Shown here: piece after piece, positions 9,233-18,709 of the stretch
Layout: every line of letters starts with the position of its first letter
How positions within the stretch are numbered: position 1 is the stretch's first letter
Source of the DNA: Clostridiaceae bacterium
GTDB lineage: Bacteria; Bacillota; Clostridia; Oscillospirales; Acutalibacteraceae
NCBI GenBank assembly: GCA_030530095.1
Contig: JAUMVO010000008.1
Location: forward strand, 1-64,000
DNA: 64,000 bases
Direction of reading: 5' to 3'
Translations under genes and position numbers: made by a program
Notes under the pieces: model-generated
The model's input: the letters and a program-made list of their open reading frames with translations, nothing else
What the model was told of the DNA's origin: nothing
Database searches by the model: none

Positions 9233-10102
9233 ATGAAAAAAGTTTTGTGTATTCTGATTTCTCTCGCGCTTCTAACCCTGATTTGCATACCTTGCTTTGC
9301 ACAAAACGACGACCTTGTAGTCGACGATGCCAACATTCTCTCCGATTCCGAGGAGCAGGTGCTTGAAGCAAAGCTTAAGGAAATAAGCGACAGGCAGGAG
9401 CTTGACGTTGTAGTTCTCACTGTTTACGGACTTGACGGCAAGGATATTAACGCTTATGCCGACGACTTCTTTGATTACAACGGTTACGGCAGGGGCGAGG
9501 GCCATGACGGCTGTCTGTTCATAGTCGATATGGACACGAGATACTACACTATGTCGACTACGGGCTACGGCAAAACCGCCATTACCGATTACGGCCTTGA
9601 GGTCATCTACGAAGAGGTTCTCAACGAATTCAAGGACGGCTACTATTACGACGGCTTCGGCAGATACGGCGAGCTTGTCGACGAGTTTGTTACTCAGGCT
9701 AAGACGGGTTCTCCGTATGACGAGAACAATCCTTACGGACAGTATTACTCGGGCTACTTTGATTACAGCGACTGGGACGATGATTACGATAGTTCGGATT
9801 CATCGGAACGCAATCCCGTTACGGGAGCGCTGATTTCGCTTGTCGTTGCGGTAATCGTTTCGCTTATAGTTGTCGGTATGGTCAAGAGCAGCTATAAGCC
9901 GGTTAAGTTTAATTCAAACGCCGCTTATTACCTTGACAACGGCAGCCTGCACATTACAAACAGCTATGAGAACTTTCTTTATAAGACAGTTTCGCGCGTT
10001 AAGATTGAGACCGAAAGCTCGTCCGGCCATTCGGGCGGCAGCTCTACTCACACGTCATCGTCGGGTATGTCACACGGCGGAGGCGGCGGAAGGTCATTCT
10101 GA
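9233..10102 (+). CDS. TPM-domain protein (TLP18.3/Psb32/MOLO-1, YgcG family) with signal peptide, C-terminal TM and Gly/Ser-rich tail
   Basis: Signal peptide; TPM hallmark DDANILSDSEEQVLEAKLKEISDRQELDVVVLTV; TM ALISLVVAVIVSLIVVGMV; tail GGGGGRSF. Confidence 0.7.
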   Translation: MKKVLCILISLALLTLICIPCFAQNDDLVVDDANILSDSEEQVLEAKLKEISDRQELDVVVLTVYGLDGKDINAYADDFFDYNGYGRGEGHDGCLFIVDMDTRYYTMSTTGYGKTAITDYGLEVIYEEVLNEFKDGYYYDGFGRYGELVDEFVTQAKTGSPYDENNPYGQYYSGYFDYSDWDDDYDSSDSSERNPVTGALISLVVAVIVSLIVVGMVKSSYKPVKFNSNAAYYLDNGSLHITNSYENFLYKTVSRVKIETESSSGHSGGSSTHTSSSGMSHGGGGGRSF

Positions 10103-10115
10103 TTAAATTAAAAAG

Positions 10116-10150
10116 AAAAGCGATGTGCTTTGGCACATCGCTTTTTGTTA
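10116..10150. terminator. Bidirectional terminator between the TPM gene and the convergent ECF-S gene
   Basis: aaagcgatgtgc-tttg-gcacatcgcttt-ttg. Confidence 0.65.
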
Positions 10151-10156
10151 TGCAGT

Positions 10157-10756
10157 TTACTGATGTTGTTTTCCCTTAAGAACAGGGGAGAGCGGCTTAT
10201 AAATAAACATTGATATTATCACACACAGCAATCCCTTTATAAACGTAAACGGAACGTTGAAGATAAGCAGGGACTGTTCGATGCTCTTCATTGAAGGTAT
10301 TATTGCCTGATAAGCCTGAAGAACGATTTCCTTCGGCATGAAGTTGTAGTAAAACGGATAAACAATAAAGAGATTGGACGGGAAGCTGACCGCAGCCATA
10401 CAGATTGCGCCTATAACGCCGCCGAGAAGAGCCATTTTCATAGTCTTTTTCTTTTTGTAGATAAGGCCGGCAACAAGCGCGAATACCGCGCCGAGTATGA
10501 AATTTGAAAGCTCGCCGACGTAACCCGACTGACTGACCGCAAGGTGAATAATATTTTTGACGAGCGCTATCGCAACGCCTGCAAGCGGACCGTAAGCAAA
10601 AGCGCCCAGGAGCTCCGGCAAATCCGAGAAGTCAAGCTTTATAAAGCTCGGAATGAACGGAATGGGAAATTCGAGGTACTGCAATACTATTGCGACCGCC
10701 GTCAGCATACCGCAACCTGCGATAACCCGTGTTTTTTTGAGTGAACTGTTTGACAT
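10157..10756 (-). CDS. ribU: ECF transporter S component, riboflavin (RibU/FmnP-like)
   Basis: About 6-TM 199-aa protein typical of ECF S components; sits downstream of an FMN-riboswitch-like leader. Confidence 0.65.
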   Translation of the reverse strand: MSNSSLKKTRVIAGCGMLTAVAIVLQYLEFPIPFIPSFIKLDFSDLPELLGAFAYGPLAGVAIALVKNIIHLAVSQSGYVGELSNFILGAVFALVAGLIYKKKKTMKMALLGGVIGAICMAAVSFPSNLFIVYPFYYNFMPKEIVLQAYQAIIPSMKSIEQSLLIFNVPFTFIKGLLCVIISMFIYKPLSPVLKGKQHQ

Positions 10757-10797
10757 ATTATTCCTTCTTTCATTGTTTTAATCAAAAGCCGTCAAAC

Positions 10798-10945
10798 AGA
10801 AAAACGCCCCGAAAACTCGGGGCGGAATGTACGTTAATACATCTTCTTTCATCCGGACTGTGACCGTCGGTTTCGGAATCTCACCGAATCAGCGCAAGGC
10901 GCTCGCAGACTTAGGCGCATATTGATAAGTTGAATTCGCTGAAAA
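10798..10945 (-). promoter_or_regulatory. FMN riboswitch-like leader plus intrinsic terminator upstream of ribU
   Basis: Minus-strand sequence GATTCGGTGAGATTCCGAAACCGACGGTCACAGTCCGGATGAAAGAAGATG matches the conserved 3' half of the FMN element; terminator gccccgagttttcggggcgtttt follows; the 5' half is divergent. Confidence 0.45.
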
Positions 10946-11276
10946 TGCGCTATTTAAGTGAACTTTGGCGTTTTCGATTTTGCTTTGCGTCAGCAAAGCT
11001 GCAATCTCAAGCCACCAAATTTCAATCTTAAAGTATCTGCATTTTCAGTGCTATGCAGTTTTCGTATAGCAGATTTGGTTTTAGATGAGGCGAAAAGCGG
11101 AGGAATACGAGGGCATTCCGAGCATTTTCAACAAAATATAAAGCCAAATCTGCTTATGAAAACCGATTTGAACTTATCAGTATTCGCCTTCACTGCCGGT
11201 GGGGACTTTCACCCCGCCCTGAAGACAACTTTTAATTTCAATAGGATTATATACTCTGTGCTTAGCTTTGTCAATA

Positions 11277-12437
11277 TTATTTCTGCTTCTTTTCGGCTCC
11301 GAAAATAAGCGTTTTTACAACGGGAATACGTTTGATAATCTCGATGGCAAACGGCAGCAGAAGCGCGAGAACCGCGGCAATTATGATATAATCAAACGCC
11401 ATGGGAATCTTGAGAAGCTTCGTTTCAAAATGAGCTATAAGCACCAGAAGCGGATAGTGGAGAACATAGTAATTGAAGTTGTTCTTTGTCATGTATTGTG
11501 TGAATTTGTTTTTCTTATTTAAGAATCTCGACGCAAAGCCCATAATCGCGATAACCGTTACCCACAGGTAGCTGTTGGTGAACAGGTCTCTGAGCACCTC
11601 TTGGGAGGTGTAGTTATAACCGTAATATCTTATTACGAACAGCGCACCGCTGACAGCGGCAACAATTATAAGCGCTATGGAATTCTCGGCAATTGAAGCA
11701 ATAAGCTTCTTGTTCGAAAATACATAATAACCGAGCAGTATCATAAACAGATATATGCCGAAACGGTAAACCGCTACGTAATGTGCGTTGAGTATCTGAG
11801 CGCTTCCCCATACGGGCAGGAAGAACAGAAGCAGAACGAAAAGATTGACCTTTGAGCCGAGCTTTTCAAGTATTTTCTTTCTGTCAATGGCTTTGAGAAG
11901 TACAATAAGAAGCGAGCCGATAAACAGCACGTGACAGTACCAGAGCGGACCTATACCCGTGATACAGTAAACGAAATACTTTATAACGGCAGGGACAGAC
12001 GCGGGGTTTTCACCGAACATCTGTGTGTGCTGCGAGGTTACCCAGCCTGAAGTCCAGCCGATGAGAAAAATACCGGTAACTGAAGGCAACAGTATTCTTT
12101 TTGCTCTGTCTTTTATGAATTCCTTAGAGCTTCGCTTTGTAAGCGCATATCTGGCGCTGACGCCCGACACGACGAACAGAAGACACATAAACCACGGATA
12201 TACAAAGCTTAAAAATGCGTCAAAACAGGGGATACCGCGTATTCCTAAGTTGTTGATAACACCGCTGCAGTTAAATGAGTAGAAAAGGTGATAAACAATT
12301 ACAATCAGAACGGTAATCCACCTTATATTATCAAGGTAGTCGAGCCTTTTGACTTCGGTTTTTATCTCTGAGCCGTTTTCGGCAGGAGCTTCTTCGTTAA
12401 CAGCTTCGCCGACAGCGAGCTTTTCATTCTCGTCCAT
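11277..12437 (-). CDS. Acyltransferase family 3 (OafA-like) integral membrane protein
   Basis: About 10 TM segments; N-terminal LDYLDNIRWITVLIVIVYH motif typical of PF01757. Confidence 0.7.
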   Translation of the reverse strand: MDENEKLAVGEAVNEEAPAENGSEIKTEVKRLDYLDNIRWITVLIVIVYHLFYSFNCSGVINNLGIRGIPCFDAFLSFVYPWFMCLLFVVSGVSARYALTKRSSKEFIKDRAKRILLPSVTGIFLIGWTSGWVTSQHTQMFGENPASVPAVIKYFVYCITGIGPLWYCHVLFIGSLLIVLLKAIDRKKILEKLGSKVNLFVLLLFFLPVWGSAQILNAHYVAVYRFGIYLFMILLGYYVFSNKKLIASIAENSIALIIVAAVSGALFVIRYYGYNYTSQEVLRDLFTNSYLWVTVIAIMGFASRFLNKKNKFTQYMTKNNFNYYVLHYPLLVLIAHFETKLLKIPMAFDYIIIAAVLALLLPFAIEIIKRIPVVKTLIFGAEKKQK

Positions 12438-12519
12438 ATTAACCTCCGAAAAAATACTGATACAATTTTAGTTTATTATATATGTTATGTCAAGAAAATT
12501 TGAAAAGCAAAAATTATTC

Positions 12520-12548
12520 TTGACTTTAGCGTGATAAAGTGCTAATAT
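12520..12548 (+). promoter_or_regulatory. Sigma-A-type promoter of the his operon
   Basis: TTGACT, 17-bp spacer, TAATAT, about 35 bp upstream of yerC. Confidence 0.5.
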
Positions 12549-12583
12549 GATAAACAGTTAATTTTTGCAAGTGAGGTTTTATT

Positions 12584-12880
12584 ATGCAAAGCTTACATTC
12601 GGAGTCTCTTGACAGACTGTTCAAGGCGCTGAAAACTCTTGAAACGCAGGAGGAGTATTACGCCTTTTTTGAAGATATCTGCACTATAAAGGAGATGCAG
12701 GATATGGCGCAGCGACTTGATACCGCGGTTCTGCTGGACAAGGGCGAGAATTATCAGTCGGTTTCAAAGCAGGTAGGCATCAGCACCGCTACAATCTGCA
12801 GGGTCAGCAAATGCCTGAACTATGGCAGCGGCGGTTACCGCCTTGCGCTTGACAGACTTAAAGAGGAGGGCGAAATATGA
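12584..12880 (+). CDS. yerC: YerC/YecD-family TrpR-like HTH protein
   Basis: 98 aa; C-terminal HTH (SVSKQVGISTATICRVSKCLNYGSGGY) typical of the YerC/YecD family; its stop overlaps the start of the next gene (ATGA). Confidence 0.65.
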   Translation: MQSLHSESLDRLFKALKTLETQEEYYAFFEDICTIKEMQDMAQRLDTAVLLDKGENYQSVSKQVGISTATICRVSKCLNYGSGGYRLALDRLKEEGEI

Positions 12881-14460
12881 ATTTCGACTATTCTATTCTT
12901 GACAGTAACGAAAGGTTAATATATACGCTTCGTTCACTGTACGCAGGATACGGCTACACTCAGTACAAAATGAGTAAGTTCGAGGAGTATGACCTTTATT
13001 CAAAGAACAAGGACTTTCTCGTATCGGATTCGATAATCACCTTTACCGACACCAACGGAAAGCTGATGGCGCTTAAACCGGACGTAACTCTGTCTATAAT
13101 CAAGAATTACGGAAATACAAAAGACGGCGTTTCAAAGCTTTACTATAATGAAAACGTTTACCGTGTTTCAAAGGGAACGGGTTCGTTCAAGGAAATTATG
13201 CAGGCGGGCCTTGAGTGCATAGGCGATGTCGACGCCGCTCAGACGGGCGAAGTGCTCCTGCTTGCGGCTAAGAGCCTTGCCGAAATCAGCAGCGATTTTG
13301 TGCTTGAGGTTTCGCAGCTCGGCATACTAACCGCTTTAATCGAAAAGATAACCGATTCAAAATCGGTATTTTCCGCTCTTCTTGACTGCGTCAATGAGAA
13401 GAATATTCACGGCATTGATGAGGTGCTGATAAATAACGGTATTGAATTATCTGCTGCAGACAGTCTGAAAAAACTTTTAGCAACCTACGGAAAAGTCAAC
13501 GATGTTTTGCCGGAACTTGAAAAGCTCCTTGATGACGGCTCGCTTTCGGACGAGCTTGACGAATTCAGGGCTTCGCTTAAAGCGCTCGACGGCAGTGAAT
13601 ATAAAGATAATGTAATAATTGACTTTTCGGTGGTCGGCGACGTAAACTATTACAACGGTATCGTATTCAAGGGCTTTGTTAACTCCGTTTCGGGCAGCGT
13701 GCTTTCGGGCGGCCGTTATGACGGACTTATGAAGCGTATGAAGCGTAACTGTAAGGCTGTCGGATTTGCGGTTTATATTGATATGCTTGACCGATTTGAT
13801 TCGGAAAAGCTGAGTGATGACGTAAAGATGCTCAATATCGCACTTCCCAAGGGCAGACTCGGCAACAAGGTTTACGATATGTTCGAGAAAGCGGGATTTG
13901 AGTGCCCGTCAATAAAAGAGAATAACAGAAAGCTTATTTTTGAGAACAAAGAACTCGGCATCCGCTTCTTCTGGGTTAAACCGTCGGACGTTGCGATTTA
14001 CGTTGAGCGCGGCGCCGCTGATATAGGCGTTGCGGGCAAGGATATACTGCTTGAATACGAGCCCGATATCTATGAGCTTCTCGACCTTGATACGGGCAAG
14101 TGCAGAATGGCGGTTGCCGCTCCCAAAGGCTTTAAGGATGATACAAACTATACGCTCAAGGTAGCTACGAAGTTTTCAAATATTGCAAAGAAGTATTACG
14201 CTTCAATCGGCAGGGATATTGATATAATTCACCTTAACGGTTCTATTGAACTTGCTCCGATACTCAAGCTGTCAGACGTTATAGTCGATATAGTGGAGAC
14301 GGGTACGACGCTTAAGGAGAATAACCTTGAGGTTATTGAGGAGATAGTTCCCATAAGCGCAAGGCTGATTGCCAATAAGTCGAGCTTTAAGTTCAAGTCG
14401 GAGATAATCGAAAGGATTGCAGCCGAACTTAAAAAGCTCACGGAGGAAAAAGATGATTAA
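12877..14460 (+). CDS. hisZG: Fused HisZ (regulatory subunit) and short-form HisG (ATP phosphoribosyltransferase) in one 527-aa ORF
   Basis: N-terminal roughly 310 aa are HisRS-catalytic-like with the HisZ motif LSGGRYDGLM; C-terminal roughly 210 aa are HisG-short starting MLNIALPKGRLG; no stop between them. Confidence 0.8.
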   Translation: MNFDYSILDSNERLIYTLRSLYAGYGYTQYKMSKFEEYDLYSKNKDFLVSDSIITFTDTNGKLMALKPDVTLSIIKNYGNTKDGVSKLYYNENVYRVSKGTGSFKEIMQAGLECIGDVDAAQTGEVLLLAAKSLAEISSDFVLEVSQLGILTALIEKITDSKSVFSALLDCVNEKNIHGIDEVLINNGIELSAADSLKKLLATYGKVNDVLPELEKLLDDGSLSDELDEFRASLKALDGSEYKDNVIIDFSVVGDVNYYNGIVFKGFVNSVSGSVLSGGRYDGLMKRMKRNCKAVGFAVYIDMLDRFDSEKLSDDVKMLNIALPKGRLGNKVYDMFEKAGFECPSIKENNRKLIFENKELGIRFFWVKPSDVAIYVERGAADIGVAGKDILLEYEPDIYELLDLDTGKCRMAVAAPKGFKDDTNYTLKVATKFSNIAKKYYASIGRDIDIIHLNGSIELAPILKLSDVIVDIVETGTTLKENNLEVIEEIVPISARLIANKSSFKFKSEIIERIAAELKKLTEEKDD

Positions 14461-15733
14461 GATAATGAAATACGGCGAGGTGCCGAACAGTGAAATATTC
14501 GCGCGTACCGAGCCGAAAATGAACGTCAGCGAAATAGTTGCCGATATAATCGCAAACGTACGCGAAAACGGCGACGTTGCGCTTAAGGCTTACACCGAGA
14601 AATTTGACGGCGTGGCGCTTGACAGTCTGCTCGTTTCAAAGGATGAGATTGATGAGGCTGTAAACTCGGTTGAGACTGAATTTATTGAGATACTCAAAAA
14701 GGCAGCCGAAAACATAAGGCTTTTTCACTCACGCCAGAAGAGAGAGGGCTTCTCAATTGAGGGCGCTGACGGTATAGTTATAGGCCAGAAAATCATACCC
14801 GTTGAGCGCGCGGGACTATATGTACCGGGCGGCACGGCAGCTTATCCGTCAACGGTGCTTATGGACTCGATTCCTGCCAAAATAGCGGGAGTAGGTGAGG
14901 TCGTAATGGTTACGCCTCCCTCAAAGGACGGTAAGGTCAATCCCGCAATACTCGCTGCGGCTTATGTTGCGGGCGTTGATAAGATATTCAAGGTCGGCGG
15001 CGCTCAGGCAATAGCCGCGCTTGCTTACGGTACGCAGTCAATTCCGAAGGTTGACAAGATAGTCGGACCGGGTAATGCCTTTGTTGCCGAAGCTAAAAAG
15101 CAGGTTTTCGGCGTTGTTTCAATTGATATGATAGCAGGGCCCAGTGAAATACTCGTTGTTGCCGATTCCAAACAGAATCCGCGCTATGTTGCGGCGGATT
15201 TGCTCAGTCAGGCGGAGCACGACAAGCTTGCAAGCGCGGTGCTTGTAACCGACAGTATGGAGCTTGCTCTCAGTGTTCGGGAGGAAATCGAAAACCAGCT
15301 TTCGTCGCTTGAACGTGAAGAGATTGCGAGAACTTCAATTGACAGTAACGGCAAGATAATCGTTGCCGATTCGCTGAAGGTAGTAATTGATATAGCCAAC
15401 GAGATTGCACCCGAACACCTTGAACTGTGCGTTGACAATCCGTTTGACTATCTTGATGATATTAAGCATGCAGGTTCGATATTTATGGGCAGGGACTGTC
15501 CCGAGGCGCTCGGCGACTATTTTGCAGGTCCCAACCACACTCTCCCGACAAGCGGAACGGCAAAGTTTTCAAGTCCGCTGGGTGTTGACGATTTCATTAA
15601 GAAAACACAGTTTACTTACTATACACCCGAGGCGCTTGATAAGGTTGCCGACGATATAGCATATTTTGCAAATAAAGAAGGGCTTACGGGTCACGCGAGA
15701 AGCGCCGTAATTCGCTCGGAGGACAGAAAATGA
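14453..15733 (+). CDS. hisD: Histidinol dehydrogenase
   Basis: RBS ggagg 6 nt before the ATG at 14453 (overlaps the hisZG stop); conserved HisD core. Confidence 0.9.
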   Translation: MIKIMKYGEVPNSEIFARTEPKMNVSEIVADIIANVRENGDVALKAYTEKFDGVALDSLLVSKDEIDEAVNSVETEFIEILKKAAENIRLFHSRQKREGFSIEGADGIVIGQKIIPVERAGLYVPGGTAAYPSTVLMDSIPAKIAGVGEVVMVTPPSKDGKVNPAILAAAYVAGVDKIFKVGGAQAIAALAYGTQSIPKVDKIVGPGNAFVAEAKKQVFGVVSIDMIAGPSEILVVADSKQNPRYVAADLLSQAEHDKLASAVLVTDSMELALSVREEIENQLSSLEREEIARTSIDSNGKIIVADSLKVVIDIANEIAPEHLELCVDNPFDYLDDIKHAGSIFMGRDCPEALGDYFAGPNHTLPTSGTAKFSSPLGVDDFIKKTQFTYYTPEALDKVADDIAYFANKEGLTGHARSAVIRSEDRK

Positions 15734-16797
15734 GCAAATTCTTTTCTTCAAAATACAGCACTCTGACGCCTTACACACCCGGCGAGCAGCCGAAGGATAT
15801 GAAATATGTAAAGCTGAACACGAACGAGTCTCCGTTTCCGCCTTCACCTAAGGCGCAGCAGCGGGCTGCCGAAGCTCTCGGAAAGCTTCAGCTTTACAGC
15901 GACCCCGACTGCACGGGACTTGTAAATAAGCTTTGTGAGGTTTATAATATCGGAAAGGACGAGGTGCTTTTCACAAACGGCTCGGACGAGATACTGAATT
16001 TCGCGTTTATGGCATTTTGTGATAAGAACAATCCTGCCGTTTTTCCCGATATAACCTACGGTTTTTATCCCGTATTTGCCGAACTCACCGGCGTACCCTA
16101 TGAGGAAATACCGTTAAAGGAAGATTATACAATCGATGTCAACGATTATATCGGTGTCAACAAGACGGTGTTTATCGCCAATCCCAACGCACCGACGGGT
16201 ATTGCACTTTCGCTTTCCGATATTGAAAAAATCGTTTCTTCCAATCCGGATAATGTCGTTGTTATAGATGAGGCTTACGTTGATTTCGGTGCCGAGAGTG
16301 CGGTAAAACTTATAAAGAAGTACGACAATCTGCTCGTTACTCAGACTTATTCAAAGTCACGCTCTATGGCGGGTGCACGTCTGGGCTTCGGAATAGGATG
16401 TAGGGAGCTTATAAACGATCTGATTACCGTCAAATACTCGACAAATCCGTATAATGTCAACAGTATGACTATCGCGGCAGGCACAGGCGCGCTTGAGGAC
16501 GAAGCTTATACAAAGGCAAATCTTCAGACGATTATCGCCAATCGGGAATACACGGTTGAAAAGCTTGAAGAACTCGGTTTTACGGTACTTCCGTCAAAGG
16601 CAAACTTTGTGTTTGCAAAGCAACCCGATATTTCGGGCGAAAAGTTATACAAAGAGCTTAAGGCGAGGGGAGTGCTCATCCGCCACTTTACAAAGGAGCG
16701 TATCAGGGATTATAATCGCATAACAATTGGTACGCGTGAACAGATGGATATATTATTGAAAAATATACAGTCAATTCTTAAGGAGGAACAATTATGA
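15730..16797 (+). CDS. hisC: Histidinol-phosphate aminotransferase
   Basis: Class-II aminotransferase with PLP lysine region [13 protein letters not shown]. Confidence 0.9.
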   Translation: MSKFFSSKYSTLTPYTPGEQPKDMKYVKLNTNESPFPPSPKAQQRAAEALGKLQLYSDPDCTGLVNKLCEVYNIGKDEVLFTNGSDEILNFAFMAFCDKNNPAVFPDITYGFYPVFAELTGVPYEEIPLKEDYTIDVNDYIGVNKTVFIANPNAPTGIALSLSDIEKIVSSNPDNVVVIDEAYVDFGAESAVKLIKKYDNLLVTQTYSKSRSMAGARLGFGIGCRELINDLITVKYSTNPYNVNSMTIAAGTGALEDEAYTKANLQTIIANREYTVEKLEELGFTVLPSKANFVFAKQPDISGEKLYKELKARGVLIRHFTKERIRDYNRITIGTREQMDILLKNIQSILKEEQL

Positions 16798-17375
16798 GAA
16801 CCTCGGCAATCAAAAGAACAACTGCTGAAACCGATATCAGTCTTGAACTTAACCTTGACGGTGCAGGCGAAAGCCTTATCGACACGGGTTGCGGTTTCCT
16901 TAATCACATGCTTACTCTCTTTGCCAAGCACTCAAAGTTTGACCTGACGGTAAAGTGCAAGGGCGATACGGACGTGGATTATCACCACACCGTCGAGGAT
17001 ATCGGCATAGCTCTCGGCAGCGCCGTAGCAGAGGCTCTCGGCGAGAAGAGAGGCATCAACCGTTATGCCGATACAACTTTACCTATGGATGAGGCGCTTA
17101 TACTTACTGCTGTTGATATTTCCGGCAGGGGATATCTCGGTTACGATCTTAAGATACCGACAGAAAAAGTCGGTGATTTTGATACCGAACTCGTTGAGGA
17201 ATTCTTCCTCGGCTTTGTCAGAAATGCAAATATTACCCTTCACATAAGACAGCTTTCGGGCTCTAATTCGCACCACATTATTGAGGGCGCCTTCAAGAGC
17301 GCAGCCAGAAGCCTCAGAAAAGCGGTTGAGCTTGACGGCACTGATGAAATACCCTCGACCAAGGGAGTGCTTTGA
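16794..17375 (+). CDS. hisB: Imidazoleglycerol-phosphate dehydratase
   Basis: 193 aa, conserved IGPD motifs (HH..ED, HHIIEG). Confidence 0.9.
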   Translation: MRTSAIKRTTAETDISLELNLDGAGESLIDTGCGFLNHMLTLFAKHSKFDLTVKCKGDTDVDYHHTVEDIGIALGSAVAEALGEKRGINRYADTTLPMDEALILTAVDISGRGYLGYDLKIPTEKVGDFDTELVEEFFLGFVRNANITLHIRQLSGSNSHHIIEGAFKSAARSLRKAVELDGTDEIPSTKGVL

Positions 17376-17986
17376 TGGTTGCGATAATTGACTACGGCGT
17401 AGGTAATCTCTATTCGCTTAAAAGCTCGTTTGCCGCTATAGGCGAAGAGGCTGTCGTCACCAACGACGAAGAAGTAATAAGAGGTGCCGACAGGGTTATA
17501 CTGCCCGGAGTCGGTGCGTTCTGCGATGCTATGGAGAAGCTGAAAAGCAGCGGAATGGCTGACCTGCTTGTTTGTCTTGCCAAGGAAGGCAAGAAAATAA
17601 TGGGCATCTGTTTAGGTATGCAGCTTCTTTTTGACAGAAGCTTCGAATACGGCGAGTATGAAGGCCTCGGGTTGATTAAAGGTGAGATACGACCTATCAG
17701 CGATGTAATTGATAAAGAGCTGAAAATTCCGCATATAGGATGGAATGCGTTGCATTTCGTTAAAAACGGATGTCCGATATTCAAATATATAAGCGAGGGC
17801 GATTACGTATATTTCGTTCACTCCTTCTATGCTGCAAATTGCGACGAAGCTACTGTTGCAACCGCCGATTACAGTGCGCCGCTTACAGCCGCCGTGCAGT
17901 CTGGCAATGTTTTCGGCTGTCAGTTTCATCCGGAAAAAAGCGGCGATAAGGGACTTACGATACTCAAAGCTTTTTGCGAAATATAA
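17372..17986 (+). CDS. hisH: Imidazole glycerol phosphate synthase, glutamine amidotransferase subunit
   Basis: Class-I GATase with GICLGMQ catalytic Cys and a His/Glu dyad. Confidence 0.9.
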   Translation: MMVAIIDYGVGNLYSLKSSFAAIGEEAVVTNDEEVIRGADRVILPGVGAFCDAMEKLKSSGMADLLVCLAKEGKKIMGICLGMQLLFDRSFEYGEYEGLGLIKGEIRPISDVIDKELKIPHIGWNALHFVKNGCPIFKYISEGDYVYFVHSFYAANCDEATVATADYSAPLTAAVQSGNVFGCQFHPEKSGDKGLTILKAFCEI

Positions 17987-17995
17987 GGTGTTTAT

Positions 17996-18709
17996 ATGAT
18001 TATTTTTCCCGCAATTGACCTTTATGACGGCAAGGCCGTACGACTGTTAAAGGGCGATTACAATAAAATGACGGTTTACAGTGACAATCCTACCGAAATT
18101 GCGATGGATTTCAGGGATAAAGGTGCAACACATATTCACCTTGTTGACCTTGAAGGCGCTAAGGACGGTACAACGCCTAACCTTGAAACCGTTCTGAAAA
18201 TCAAAGAGAAAAGCGGACTCTTCTGCGAGATAGGCGGCGGAATACGCTCAATGGAAACGGTTGATAAATATCTGTCTGCGGGAATTGACCGCGTTATACT
18301 CGGCACAAGTGCCGTAAACGACGAGAAATTTCTTTTGGAAGCCGTTGAAAAGTACGGTGAAAGAATAGCTGTGGGCGTAGATATCAGAGACGGCTTCGTT
18401 GCCATTAAGGGCTGGATTGAAAAGTCCGAGCTTGACGCTTATGGTTTTTGCGAAAAAATGCAGGCTGTAGGCGTTAAAACACTGATATGTACCGATATTT
18501 CCAGGGACGGCGCGATGCAGGGTACAAATCTTGAACTCTATAAGGAGCTGTCCGAAAGGTTCAGTGTTGACGTTACCGCGTCCGGCGGCGTGAGCACAAT
18601 TGACGACGTTAAAAGGCTTCGCGAAATGGAGCTTTACGGTGCGATTATCGGTAAGGCATATTACACCGGTGCAATAGATTTAAGAGAGGCGGTGCAGGCG
18701 GCAGAATGA
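17996..18709 (+). CDS. hisA: ProFAR isomerase
   Basis: (beta/alpha)8 HisA motifs (MIIFPAIDL.., GG.TIDD). Confidence 0.9.
   Translation: MIIFPAIDLYDGKAVRLLKGDYNKMTVYSDNPTEIAMDFRDKGATHIHLVDLEGAKDGTTPNLETVLKIKEKSGLFCEIGGGIRSMETVDKYLSAGIDRVILGTSAVNDEKFLLEAVEKYGERIAVGVDIRDGFVAIKGWIEKSELDAYGFCEKMQAVGVKTLICTDISRDGAMQGTNLELYKELSERFSVDVTASGGVSTIDDVKRLREMELYGAIIGKAYYTGAIDLREAVQAAE

Noticed and set aside
10958-11522. ORFs 10958..11308 + and 11268..11522 + in the ribU/acyltransferase intergenic and gene region
   Set aside because: No RBS; overlaps the acyltransferase gene and riboswitch leader on the other strand; composition unlike neighbouring genes
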